DNA of 64,000 nt from positions 496,001-560,000 of the forward strand of contig JAANOX010000126.1 of NCBI GenBank assembly GCA_020184695.1, in the 5' to 3' direction. A program made the translations under genes and the position numbers. The DNA is from Histomonas meleagridis 2922-C6/04-290x. Lineage: Eukaryota; Protista; Parabasalia. Below are positions 50,673-61,782 of the stretch, piece by piece. Numbering within the stretch: the stretch's first letter is position 1; each line of letters opens with the position of its first letter. The notes under the pieces were generated by a model. The model was not told the DNA's origin, made no database searches, and was given only the letters and a program-made list of their open reading frames with translations.

Positions 50673-53375
50673 TTGATGCAAAAGTGTTCTGTTTTTAATA
50701 GTAGGTTGATAAAAATGGATACAAAAAAGTACGATATGTTCAGGCGAAATTATTTTCATATAACATTACATCAAATGGAAAACAACTTGCCTTTTTTTGT
50801 TGAATGTCTTAGGAATACTCTTTCTAATGATGATGAAGAAAGGACAAAAGCAACAGGATATGTAACAAATATCCTTACAACAAATGCTTTAAAAATTCTT
50901 GAGTATACAACGACGATCATCTTAGCTTCAGAAACACAAGAAACTGTTCTTATAAATCAGTCTCTAATTTTAATACAGCATATTTTTAAACCCAGCCAAG
51001 CCCAAAATCGTAAATTTCTTTTAGGCAAATGGGAGTCACTTCCTTTTGAAGTAAGAGACACAATCAAAAAAGCAGTTATTCGTGGGTTATTTTATAACGA
51101 ACTCAGCACGCGTCAAATAGGAGCACATTGTTTAACATTTATATATGATTTAGATCAAAGAAATTTTTCTGAACATGTTCTTTTATCCTTAACAGATCCA
51201 ATGCTTAATCCTAGTTATCCTATTCCATGCACCATGGGTTGTTTTTTTGCCTTAAATGAGTTATATCAAAAGAAATTATTATATAAAGGCTTACCAAACT
51301 TTACTATTTCCACCAAAAAGATATGCGAAGTCTTTATCAAATTAGCCAATGACCAAAACCTTTTACCACAAAACGAATATATTATGTTAGTTGATATCTT
51401 TGCAAATTGTTTTCCACTTTTTGGGGAATTTTTTGCTGATCCTCAATTCCGTAATGGGTTATTAGTACTTATACATCAGAAACTTTCACAGCTACAAATT
51501 GACATTGTCCATAATTGTTATTATCATTTATTATATAAATTTTTCAAATTTTTTTATGATGATATAATGATATCAATGGAAGGAATATTCACAATGTCCA
51601 ATAATTCATTAAGTTGTGGTATTCCAACATTAATTATTCCATGCATTGAGTTTTGGAACAAAGTATCCAAATTCGAAAGAAAGATTCAAAAATATAATTT
51701 ACTACATCGAAGAAACGAACGAGAACTCCGAAAGTATAATGGAATTGTTGAACAATCGTTTGGTACATTATCTAATATTCTTATTCAGCTTACGCAAACA
51801 TATTGTAATCCAGAGCCTAATAATGATGAATTAAATGAAATTAATATCCATCAAATCGCAATGATATGTTTTAAGAACATTAGTTCATTATGTATTAATA
51901 ATTCGTTAGAATTAATTCGTAATTATTTCGAGAATAACTTTAATTCTAATGATTGGAACAACCGTTACACGTCGGTATTTATCATATGGGCTCTTTTAAG
52001 TGATGATAATGAAGATAAGTCACGAACATTACAATTTATAGAGATACATTTCGATGCCATCTTAAACATGTTAAATGATGATTATATTGTTATTCAAGAG
52101 ACAACAATTTTATTACTTAAAATTATGATTCGACAATACGAAAGATTACGAACATCTGATAATACACTAAGGATTATACAAATCTTAAAGAATTATCTAT
52201 TTAAATCACCAGTAATCCTAACAAGAACTTGTGATTTCATATGGGAATATGCACAAACATGTAAAAGAAATCATGTCCCTGCTGAAAAAGAATTCTTTAA
52301 TGAATGCTTCGAATTAGAATCAAGTATCTTCTTAAAAAATGAAACAATTGGTGAAAACATATTATATAGTGTCAGTGAAGCTCTAGCTGCATTAATTGAA
52401 GTTACACCAATTGAACATAAGAAGAGAATTATTGATTTATTACCAATACTTATTGAACAAATCAATCAAATATTAATTGGCTCAAATGATTCACTTGATA
52501 AAAACATTCCATATATGTTAATACGATTTCGTTTTGTATTAATTTATGCAATAGCAACTTATCTTCAAAGTGATATTAGACCTTTAGGTGAAATGGTAAT
52601 GACGTGTATATTACATTGTTTATCGATACCGAATACAATAATACATGAAGAAGCACAACTTGCTTTATCTCCAGTAATTAATGGAATGGGTTATGATGTT
52701 ATTAATTATGGTCAAAATATTGTGTCACTTTTGCTTAACTCACAGAATTCACAAAACCCAACTTTAATAGTTTTGAGTTCGATTGCATTTAAATCTTTGT
52801 TTAAGGCTTTGAAGACACAAATTCCTTACGAATGTTGTCAACAAGTTATTGAGTTATTTGGTATTAATTTACATAATCATATATTGCCGATTAAGAATAA
52901 ATTATATATTTTGGATGCGATTGGAGAAATGATTGTTTCGATGGGCATTGCAGGATTACAGTTCTGCGACACGTATATGATAGAATTAAATAATGTACAA
53001 AACATCCCTTTAGATCATAAAAACAAAAATGATATAGAAGTTGCGCCATCAATATTCCATAATTTAATGCATGGATATAAATGCGTGATACAAATAGCTA
53101 AGGAAGATAATGATTACTTGAATAGAATTATTGCAAACTTTAGACAAATTAAATGCGCATTCGATAAAATTAATAATTTTAGAGAAGTTATCGACGAAAA
53201 TTTGTTGGAAGATGTTTTGGAGTTATTGAATTTGATTTTGAATAATTTCGCTCCGAGGGTTCACATGCATTTACACTCGAGTGCAATTAGAGGAATTTTG
53301 GATTATTGTTGCGAATTTATGCCAGAATTAAAATATAAAATTAATCCAACAAAATTCATGCTATTAAATAAGTGA
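50673..53375 (+). CDS. Importin-beta/karyopherin-like HEAT-repeat protein
   Basis: 900-aa helical ORF. The N-terminal L..TLSNDDEERTKAT...L and W..LP.EVRDTIKKAV resemble the importin-beta N-terminus, and CIEFW and W..RY motifs follow. Confidence 0.72.
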   Translation: MMQKCSVFNSRLIKMDTKKYDMFRRNYFHITLHQMENNLPFFVECLRNTLSNDDEERTKATGYVTNILTTNALKILEYTTTIILASETQETVLINQSLILIQHIFKPSQAQNRKFLLGKWESLPFEVRDTIKKAVIRGLFYNELSTRQIGAHCLTFIYDLDQRNFSEHVLLSLTDPMLNPSYPIPCTMGCFFALNELYQKKLLYKGLPNFTISTKKICEVFIKLANDQNLLPQNEYIMLVDIFANCFPLFGEFFADPQFRNGLLVLIHQKLSQLQIDIVHNCYYHLLYKFFKFFYDDIMISMEGIFTMSNNSLSCGIPTLIIPCIEFWNKVSKFERKIQKYNLLHRRNERELRKYNGIVEQSFGTLSNILIQLTQTYCNPEPNNDELNEINIHQIAMICFKNISSLCINNSLELIRNYFENNFNSNDWNNRYTSVFIIWALLSDDNEDKSRTLQFIEIHFDAILNMLNDDYIVIQETTILLLKIMIRQYERLRTSDNTLRIIQILKNYLFKSPVILTRTCDFIWEYAQTCKRNHVPAEKEFFNECFELESSIFLKNETIGENILYSVSEALAALIEVTPIEHKKRIIDLLPILIEQINQILIGSNDSLDKNIPYMLIRFRFVLIYAIATYLQSDIRPLGEMVMTCILHCLSIPNTIIHEEAQLALSPVINGMGYDVINYGQNIVSLLLNSQNSQNPTLIVLSSIAFKSLFKALKTQIPYECCQQVIELFGINLHNHILPIKNKLYILDAIGEMIVSMGIAGLQFCDTYMIELNNVQNIPLDHKNKNDIEVAPSIFHNLMHGYKCVIQIAKEDNDYLNRIIANFRQIKCAFDKINNFREVIDENLLEDVLELLNLILNNFAPRVHMHLHSSAIRGILDYCCEFMPELKYKINPTKFMLLNK

Positions 53376-54004
53376 TCGGCGTGTACTGAAAAATTGTTTC
53401 GTATGATATAGATAAATAAATAGTATTTCATAAAATATTGGATGTGGTTATTGTGGTACTAAAACGGTCTTCTTATCGAAATAACACAATAATAATTCCT
53501 TCTGTCCCATTCACCGTGTTTGATATCATCAGGAAACTTCAAAATGTTATATAAAGTTTTGAAAATAAGGGTTATGAATACATTTGAATTGTTATCATAC
53601 AACTTTTTGTGTTCATTTTACGGTTCTCTTACATAAGAACGACCGTTAGTTTAATCAAAAGATTGATAATTCGTACGAACAATTGATATGTAATATGATA
53701 TTCCAAATTATATTTTGGTCAATAGAAAGAATGTTTAAGTTAAAATTGTTTGTTTGTTTTGAATTTGTATAAACCAAATATGTGTTTTTATTGATTCAAA
53801 TATTGTATAAACCATTTTACATCACATGTCTGAAAAAAATTTTTTTATGGAGATTTTTGTCTTAATAAGCTTTCTATAATTTGGCCACTATAGATGTGGT
53901 ACTAAACAATTTCATGAAATTTTGTTTTGAGAAACCGTTAAAAAAACTAGCCACTTTTGTGTATCCTTTGACTTTTTCAACTGCCAGAAAAAACGGTTTA
54001 GAAA

Positions 54005-54367
54005 ATGGGGTGTTTTACCAGCTGTTGCGGGCCGAATCACCCAAACATTGATTCTAATTTCCCTTCTCTTGCTCTTTATGAAAACACATCATCAAGTTCC
54101 GATAGTTCTCTCAAGGCTTATGGAAAAAAAAATGCCAGAGATATTTCACCACTTATTGAAGGTCCAACTTCATTGACATTTCAAGATCTAAAACTTGGTA
54201 GCTCTTCTTCTGATACAGATCTTGATATGGATCAAATTCGTAATCTTCTTGAAGCTGCTTCTTCATCAGATGAATCATCAAGTCAAGAACAAACTGAAGA
54301 CGAGCAAGTATTTAAACCAGTGGAAACAAATAATGAAGCTTCACAGGAAGAATCAACAAATACTTAA
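54005..54367 (+). CDS. Small Ser/acidic protein with a predicted lipid-anchor N-terminus (MGCFTSCCG)
   Basis: 120-aa ORF with Gly2 and clustered Cys, consistent with myristoylation and palmitoylation. Confidence 0.65.
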   Translation: MGCFTSCCGPNHPNIDSNFPSLALYENTSSSSDSSLKAYGKKNARDISPLIEGPTSLTFQDLKLGSSSSDTDLDMDQIRNLLEAASSSDESSSQEQTEDEQVFKPVETNNEASQEESTNT

Positions 54368-54564
54368 AATATGTTATATATAAATTCCTGATTTTAATTT
54401 ATTTATTATTGATGTTTTCATAGGCAAAACTTTAATTAATAATTCAATGTGCAAGTTTTCATATTTCAAATTTTTTTTTAATTTTGTTTTTTTTTGCATG
54501 CCAAATAATTTCAAAGAAAATAAAACATACAAAATGACATGTGAAATAAAATTTACTAGACCAT

Positions 54565-55356
54565 ATGGAGGCTCCAAAACCAAAAACACCAATTTCAGTT
54601 CTTGTTGTTGGACTTGCAGGATCTGGAAAGTCAACTCTTGTTCACGGATTAAATGAATTCACATATAACAATAAGATTAATTCATATTATGTAAATTTGG
54701 ATCCTGCTACATCAGACTTAAACTTTTCAGCTAATATTGATATTAGAGATACAGTAAAATATGATGATGTAATGAAACAATTTAGTCTTGGACCAAATGG
54801 AGCAATTTTGACTTCATTGAATCTTTTTTCCACAAAATTTCACGACGTTATCTCCATTATTCAAAAACGCGAAGGATTAAAATTTGCATTTTTTGATACA
54901 CCAGGGCAAATAGAAGCATTTGCTTGGTCAGCAAGTGGAGGAATGATAACACAAGAATTAGCTTCTGTTTTTCCAACAGTTATTTTATTTGTTGTTGACA
55001 TTCCCAGATGCAGTAGAACAGCCACCTTTGTTTCTACGATGCTTTATGCATGTAGTATTTTATACCGAAGTGGTCTTCCAATTGTATTGGCGTTAACAAA
55101 AACAGATGTCAAACCCGCTGATGAAATTATACAATGGATGACTGATAATGATAAGTTTGAAGAAGCTATTGATAATGAGCATGAAAGCACATACTTTGAT
55201 GATTTCAATAAGTCATGTGGTTCTGTTTTCTCAGAGTTTTATCAGGCACTTCCCGTTGTACCTGTTTCTGGTGTCAACGGAGAGGGAATCGACAAGCTCC
55301 TCGAAGCTATTGAAAAAGTGGCGTACGATAAGCCACAAACAAATCAAACAAAATGA
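54565..55356 (+). CDS. GPN1: GPN-loop GTPase 1
   Basis: VLVVGLAGSGKST, YVNLDPA, LGPNGAILTSLNLFSTKF, DTPGQIEAFAWSASG, STMLYACSILYR and LTKTD. Confidence 0.92.
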   Translation: MEAPKPKTPISVLVVGLAGSGKSTLVHGLNEFTYNNKINSYYVNLDPATSDLNFSANIDIRDTVKYDDVMKQFSLGPNGAILTSLNLFSTKFHDVISIIQKREGLKFAFFDTPGQIEAFAWSASGGMITQELASVFPTVILFVVDIPRCSRTATFVSTMLYACSILYRSGLPIVLALTKTDVKPADEIIQWMTDNDKFEEAIDNEHESTYFDDFNKSCGSVFSEFYQALPVVPVSGVNGEGIDKLLEAIEKVAYDKPQTNQTK

Positions 55357-55856
55357 TTTCCATAAAGCTGTGCAAAACTTTTTTTAACTGTTTCTTTTCT
55401 TTTAATATGAAAAATATTGAGCAATAGAACACCATAAATTTGTTTTTCTAATAAACAAGTTAAATTAAATTTTAGAATTTTTCTCGTTTTCGACAAAAAA
55501 AAACAACCAAATCAATTGCTTTTATGTTTATTTTCACTTTTTTGCAATATTCCAGACAGGGCACTAATTAGGTATAATTGTATAAATTATATTAATTAGT
55601 ATATTTTATTTTCGACATCTATAAGAAGTTCATTAGCTGCCAAGCAGTTTTTAAGATTTTTCAAACAAAAAGGAAAATATCGATTGTTTCTCTTCTGAAG
55701 TACATTATTTTACGATACAGGCGATTTTAGAACAGCTGTCCAAAGTGATTTTCATCGTTCGAAAACATTTATTGAATTTTGAGTGCAATGATAATTTTCT
55801 GAGAAAATTGAATACGAACGTTTTTGTATAAATTACAAATCTCTGGCTGACTGTAA

Positions 55857-57665
55857 ATGTTCTTCTATCTCTTTCTATTATCATATTCATTTACACCAGT
55901 AGACGACGATTTGCTCACTGTATATACCAAGTGGGGAGAGAATTTCGACAAAAACAATGTTCTCCCAGAATACCCACGACCACAATTCGAGCGTACTTCA
56001 TATAAGAACTTGAATGGTGTTTGGGAATACTCTATCCGTGACACAAGTGAAGAACCTGCACAATATGATGGTGAAATTGTTGTACCATTTTCACCAGAAG
56101 CTCCACTCTCTGGAGTTGGAAAGCAATTATTACCAAAGCAAACCATGTGGTACAAGAGAACTTTTGATTTCTCTAACTTCGTAAATGATGGTAGAATCAT
56201 TCTTCAATTTGGTGCAGTTGATCAAACCTGCGAAGTTTATGTCAACGACCAAAAAGTTGGTGAACATGATGGTGGTTACACTGCCTTTTCCATTGATATT
56301 ACTGATGTTTATGCTAAAATCACAGATAAATCAAAAGTCACAATCAAAGTCAAAGTTATTGATAATTTAACAGAAGAAGGTGCTGCCTATGGTAAGCAAT
56401 CAGCCAAGCGTGGAGGTATTTGGTATACAGCTACAAGTGGTATCTGGCAAACAGTATGGGTTGAATCAGTTCCAGAAACATATCTCCAAAACGTCAAAAT
56501 ATTACCAAACTATGATGCGCAATCAGTCCAATTTACTGCTGAAGTCATTGGTTCCAACTCCAACAAAGTCGGTAAAGTTTATGTATACGATGGCGAGCAA
56601 AAAATTGGTGAATGCGAACTTAAGAACGGCCAAGCCACTGAAGTTAAGATTCAAAACATGAAATCATGGTCACCAGAATCTCCATTCTTATATTCAGTTG
56701 AATTTATGTTTGAAAATGATTTCGTCAAGTCCTACTTCGGTATGCGAAAATTCTCAATAGGCGAAGATGACAAAGGTATTAAGCGCTTGTTCCTTAACAA
56801 CAAACCATATTTCCATAATGGATTATTGGATCAAGGATATTGGTCCGATGGCTATTACACAGCTCCTACCGATGAAGCTAACATCTATGATATCCAAACC
56901 ATGAAAGACCTTGGCTTTAACATGTTACGAAAGCACATTAAGATTGAACCGATGAGATGGTATTATCATTGCGATCGCTTAGGTATGTTAGTTTGGCAAG
57001 ATGCAGTCTCCGGAGGCTATCCATATCATTCCACTGTTATCCAAATTTTGCCATTTATTGGAATCAAAATCAATGACAAACATTACTCAATATTTGGGCG
57101 ATCATCTGAATTAGGACGTAACAACTTCCATAGAGATTTGAAGTTAATGATCAATCAATTATATAATGTTCCAAGTATATCTACATGGGTTCCATTCAAT
57201 GAAGGTTGGGGTCAATTTGATGCATTAAAGGCAGTCGAAATCATCAAATCTCTTGACACTTCAAGACATATTGATCATGCTTCTGGTTGGCATGACCAAG
57301 GAGGAGATGATTTCTCAAGTTTCCACGTCTACTTTGTTAAGTATAAGCTTAAGAAAGACAAGTTGAATCGCCCAATTGTCCTTTCCGAGTTCGGAGGCTA
57401 CAGCCACACCATTGAGGGACACATCGGCTCCAAGTCACAGTTCGGTTACAAGAAATATAAAACTATTGAAAAATTGAATGAGGCTATCAAAAAGCTCTAC
57501 AACGATCAAATTATACCGGCAATTGAACAGGGCCTATCGGCGACGGTTTACACGCAAGTTTCTGATGTCGAAGATGAAGTGAACGGTTTGTTTACATACG
57601 ATAGGAAGATATTGAAGGCCGATCAAAACATGTTTAAGGAAATTAACCAAAAGATGCACCTTTGA
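55857..57665 (+). CDS. Glycoside hydrolase family 2 (bacterial-type), secreted
   Basis: Signal-like N-terminus, PEYPRPQ, LNGVW, PFSPEAPLSGV, FGAVD, GLLDQGYWSDG, RKHIK, acid/base PFNEGWG and nucleophile-like SEFGG. Confidence 0.92.
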   Translation: MFFYLFLLSYSFTPVDDDLLTVYTKWGENFDKNNVLPEYPRPQFERTSYKNLNGVWEYSIRDTSEEPAQYDGEIVVPFSPEAPLSGVGKQLLPKQTMWYKRTFDFSNFVNDGRIILQFGAVDQTCEVYVNDQKVGEHDGGYTAFSIDITDVYAKITDKSKVTIKVKVIDNLTEEGAAYGKQSAKRGGIWYTATSGIWQTVWVESVPETYLQNVKILPNYDAQSVQFTAEVIGSNSNKVGKVYVYDGEQKIGECELKNGQATEVKIQNMKSWSPESPFLYSVEFMFENDFVKSYFGMRKFSIGEDDKGIKRLFLNNKPYFHNGLLDQGYWSDGYYTAPTDEANIYDIQTMKDLGFNMLRKHIKIEPMRWYYHCDRLGMLVWQDAVSGGYPYHSTVIQILPFIGIKINDKHYSIFGRSSELGRNNFHRDLKLMINQLYNVPSISTWVPFNEGWGQFDALKAVEIIKSLDTSRHIDHASGWHDQGGDDFSSFHVYFVKYKLKKDKLNRPIVLSEFGGYSHTIEGHIGSKSQFGYKKYKTIEKLNEAIKKLYNDQIIPAIEQGLSATVYTQVSDVEDEVNGLFTYDRKILKADQNMFKEINQKMHL

Positions 57666-58050
57666 GGTTTGTGGTCGAGCCAAAATACGTTCATTAGTTT
57701 AATGAACTAAGTGAAAAACTTTTTTAAAAAGTTTTAATGATTTTGTATTTTTTTTAATTTAATGCGTACGAACAAATCAATTTGTTGTGTACTGAAATTG
57801 AGTCGTAAACATATGTTTTCATTTATATTCTGCATGACGAGCGCCATTTTTCGACATTTTCTATGAGATCGCAACCCCAAATTTCAATTATTTTATATAA
57901 AATTGGATTGAAACAGTGATTTTATTGTTATATTTTAGCACAAATGTTTAAGTGGTATTTGTTTTATTTCGGTTTCACATTTTTTATGAAGGACAATCAT
58001 TTTTTCCACAGCCAAACCTAACAAAATATGTGTTATTATGATCGTAATCT

Positions 58051-60751
58051 TTATATTTGTTTATTTTGAAGTAATTTAACAATTTTTGTATGGCCATGTG
58101 AAGAAGCATATGTAAGAGCTGTTTCAAATAATTTATATAATTTCCAAATATTATTTTGTAATCCGATATCATTGACACAAATAATAATTAAAACATTAAA
58201 ATATTTCTATTATTTACATTAATTTCTTTTTGTTCAAGAAGTAATTTAACAACTTTTGTATAGCCATGAAAAGAAGCTAATAGAAGTGCTGTTTCAAATA
58301 ATTTATATAATTTCCAAATATTATTTTGTAATCCGATATCATTGACACAAATAATAATTAAAACATTAAAATATTTCTATTATTTACATTAATTTCTTTT
58401 TGTTCAAGAAGTAATTTAACTATTTCTGTATAACCATATTGAGATGCGTAGATAAGTGCTGTATTAAATAATTTAAATAATTTCCAAATATTACATAAAA
58501 ATATCAAATTATTAAACCAAATTCTAAATAAAACAAAAAAATATCTTTAGCATTAATAAAAATTCCTTTTTGTTCAAGAAGTAATTTCGTTATAGCTGGT
58601 CGAGCCACTGGACCTGAAGCTCCCATAAGTGCTGTTTTAAATATTTTAAATAATTTCCAAATATTATTTTGATATATCAAATTATTAAAATAAATTTCAA
58701 ATAAAACAAAAAAATATCTTTAGCATTAATATCAATTCCTTTTTGTTCAAGAAGTAATTTAACTATTTCTATATGACCATTTCTAGCTGAAACCATAAGA
58801 GCTGTTTTAAATTATTTATATAATTTTTAAGTCATATTTTGAAATATAAAATTAACAAAACAAATATTAGACAAAACACATAAATATCTTTAGCATTAAT
58901 ATCAATTCCTTCATGTTCAAGAAATAATTTAACTATTTCTGTATAACCTTCATCAGATGCTAAAATAAGTGCTGTATCAAATAAAAAAAAATAATTTCTA
59001 AATATTATTTTGAAATATCAAAATATTATAATAAATTTTAAACAAAACAAATAAATATCTTTAGCATTAACATCAATTCCTTTTTGTTCAAGAAGTAATT
59101 TAACTATTTCTGTATGACCATTTAAAGATGCTAAAATAAGTGCTGTTCTAAATAATTTAAATAATTTCCAAATATTATTTTGATATATAAAATAACAAAA
59201 GCAAATATTAAATAAAACAAACAAATTTTAAATAAAACAAATAAATATCTTTCGCATTAATATCAATTCCTTTTTGTTCAAGAAGTAATTTGACTATTTC
59301 TGTATGACCTCTTTCAGACGCCTCTATAAGTGTTGTACTAAATAATTTAAATATTTTCCAAATAATATTATGAAATTGGAAAAAATAATTAAAATAAATC
59401 ATAAACAAAACAAATAAATATCTTTAGCATTAACATCAATTCCTTCTTGTTCAAGAAGGAATTTTACTATTTCTAAATAACCTTTATTAAATGCATGAAT
59501 AAATGCTGCTTTAAACAATTTAAACAAATTATAAAAATTATTTTATAATATTAAATGTTTTTAAGAAATAAATTTTGCTATCTTTTTGTTAATATATGTA
59601 TTATTAAATAAGTAATTCAAAAATTCTTTATTTTTAGAAACAGTGGAAATTTCGAGAAAATTTATTGTAATTGGATTTTTTTCATGGAGATATTGGAAAA
59701 TGAAGAAATTTCCAGTGACAATTGATTTAATTATAAAAGATTCATATATATTCATTCCTTTCTTTTCTAAAAATGAAAGAATTTCATAATTATTGCATAA
59801 AATACAATTTACCCCTAGCCATTCTATGTTATCAATTTTGACAATTTGATTATCATAAAGATAATAAAAGATATCATTACGATGAAATTTAATGGCTGCT
59901 TCATATGCGCTTGGATATAATGAATGATTTTGTTCACATAAATGAATGATTTCTTCATTTCCACTTGCAACTGCATAATTGCCTGTGTTATCTATGTTTG
60001 CACCATTGATAAGTAAATATTTAAAACATTTGATCGAAGAAAAAAATGCTGCATAATCAATTAATTTAACATAATCTTCATTAATGAATGAACATCTTTC
60101 ATAAAGTGATGGTTTAATTTTTTGATTAAAATTAAAATTAGTTTGTGATGATATTTCTTGAAGTTTTTCTACTTCATCATTTCGAATTATTCTTGTAATT
60201 TCATTTGGATTATGCCCTTCTTCAATTAATTTCTTATGAAGCTCCCAATCATTCTTTGATAGCAATCCAAAATTATCATAAAAATATTTGGTATATTTAT
60301 TTTGCTTAATGTTTTTATAATTTGACATGTGATGAAGAAAAAAATATGATGTTGTCATGCTTTCACATAAATTTGGTTCAATTATTTCATTTGTAATCAT
60401 TTTTTCAAAAAGATAAAATGATTCGGTTGTATGAATAGGATTTAAAAAACATGCAAAAACATCTCTAAATATGTCATATGATGTGTTGTAAAGTTCTTTT
60501 TCTTTTAATTCAAGTTTTTTTAGATATTCTAAACATACTATATCAGAAGATTCTACTGTATAATAAGAATAGACAATTGAACATATAATGAAATTAAATG
60601 AGTATGGAAATTCTTGATTAAAATAAATTATAGAAGATTCAACAGATTCATCAATATTAACATCATTTAAATTAAAAATAATTTGTTCAAGAGATTGTAA
60701 CATTTGTAAATTTTTCTCATATTGATTTGTTCGACTTTGAAAACATCCCAT
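58051..60751 (-). CDS. DUF3447 + nine ankyrin repeats (locus B), continuous only if nine AT-rich spacers are removed
   Basis: Inr at 60767-60771, ATG at 60751 (MGCFQS) and a 396-codon open first segment. Nine stop-free cassettes follow, ending KLLQNKQI with TAA at 58051-58053. Confidence 0.65.
58055..59580 (-). repeat. ~170-bp ankyrin cassette/spacer tandem array
   Basis: Same unit as 38230-39600. Spacer lengths in gene order are 83, 100, 81, 80, 80, 80, 80, 80 nt, preceded by a degenerate ~72-nt spacer. Confidence 0.95.
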
Positions 60752-61434
60752 CAAAAGATGAACAACAATGAAAAATATCAGATTTTATTTGAATAGTTTA
60801 TATAAAATCTGGGCTTTTCAGGGCACCCGAAATCTAAACGTATTACATAATTGAATATTCTTGAAGAAGAAAGCTTAAAGCATAAAACATCTGATAATCA
60901 ACAAAACTTAGTGGAAGAAGAAATCAACAATAGCGAAACAATATCTCCAAACAGATTTTGCAAAAATCGATTTCTGTTGTTGAAATTGCAACTGATCGAA
61001 TCATGGAATCGAATTTCCATCTGTATAATAATTTTTGTTGTAAATATTGATCAAGTTGTTTATTTTATTAATTTGAAATTAAGATCTATTAAGCATTTAT
61101 ATCTTTTGCTCAATTGTTTATTATTAAACTTTTTTGCACATTAATGATTGATGATAATTTTTGTATCTTGAAATTGCATATCGTCAAAAATTAAATACTT
61201 ACATTTTAACATATTTTATATAAAGAATGAAAATTTTATATTTAAATATTTGCTGGTCTTAATTGCAAAAGAAAAAAACTTCAAAAATGTACCCAATCTA
61301 ATACAAATATTTTATAAATATCTTCTTGGAATTAAAAGCCAAGAATCATATTTTCTTCACCAAAGATAAAAAAACTTATGAATGAAATAGAAAAAGATAA
61401 TGAAGAAATTATAAGTGAAACAGAATACGATGAC

Positions 61435-61590
61435 AAACTTTCAAATAATAATTGGAGACTTTATAAAGTCTTATGTTGATTAAACCAACATATTAAAGAA
61501 AAAGTTGATCCAAAATGATGAAATCGAAAATTTAGGAAATCCCATCACGAAATGATTTTAATTTTAATCAAATTATTAAAACAAGAGTTG
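61435..61590 (+). pseudogene. Short relic of a DUF3447-family gene
   Basis: Reads across frames as SNNNWRLYK, then NDEIENL and EIPSRNDFNFNQIIK, matching SKNDWELHK...NDEVEKLQEISSQTNFNFNQKIK of locus B. Confidence 0.6.
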
Positions 61591-61782
61591 AATAAAAAAA
61601 CAATTAATTCTTTAATATAAATGATTAACTTTTAAGGAAAATTTTTAAGGGCATTTTTATACGTGATTGAGTTAAAATTGAAATTTATAAATATTTCAAA
61701 AGCATAGTTTAGTCATTCATTGTAAAAATATTCTTTGAATTTTATAATTTTTAAGATAATTTTTAAAAATAAGGAATATTTA

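Noticed and set aside
53458-53651. Short imperfect inverted repeat (ACTAAAACGGTCTTCTTAT / ATAAGAACGACCGTTAGT) as a MITE
   Set aside because: Too short, gapped and lacking a TSD.
12249-55356. GPN3 and GPN1 in one window as a functional cluster
   Set aside because: They are 42 kb apart with many unrelated genes between, which is expected by chance in a gene-dense genome.
57689-57735. Two small hairpins 3' of GH2 as a bacterial-style terminator relic
   Set aside because: The stems are AT-rich, 8-10 bp, with no GC-rich stem plus U-tract, which is common by chance.
60820-60840. GGGCACCCGAAA motif resembling internal MITE sequences (~44220 and ~44610)
   Set aside because: The similarity is too short and gapped to claim homology.
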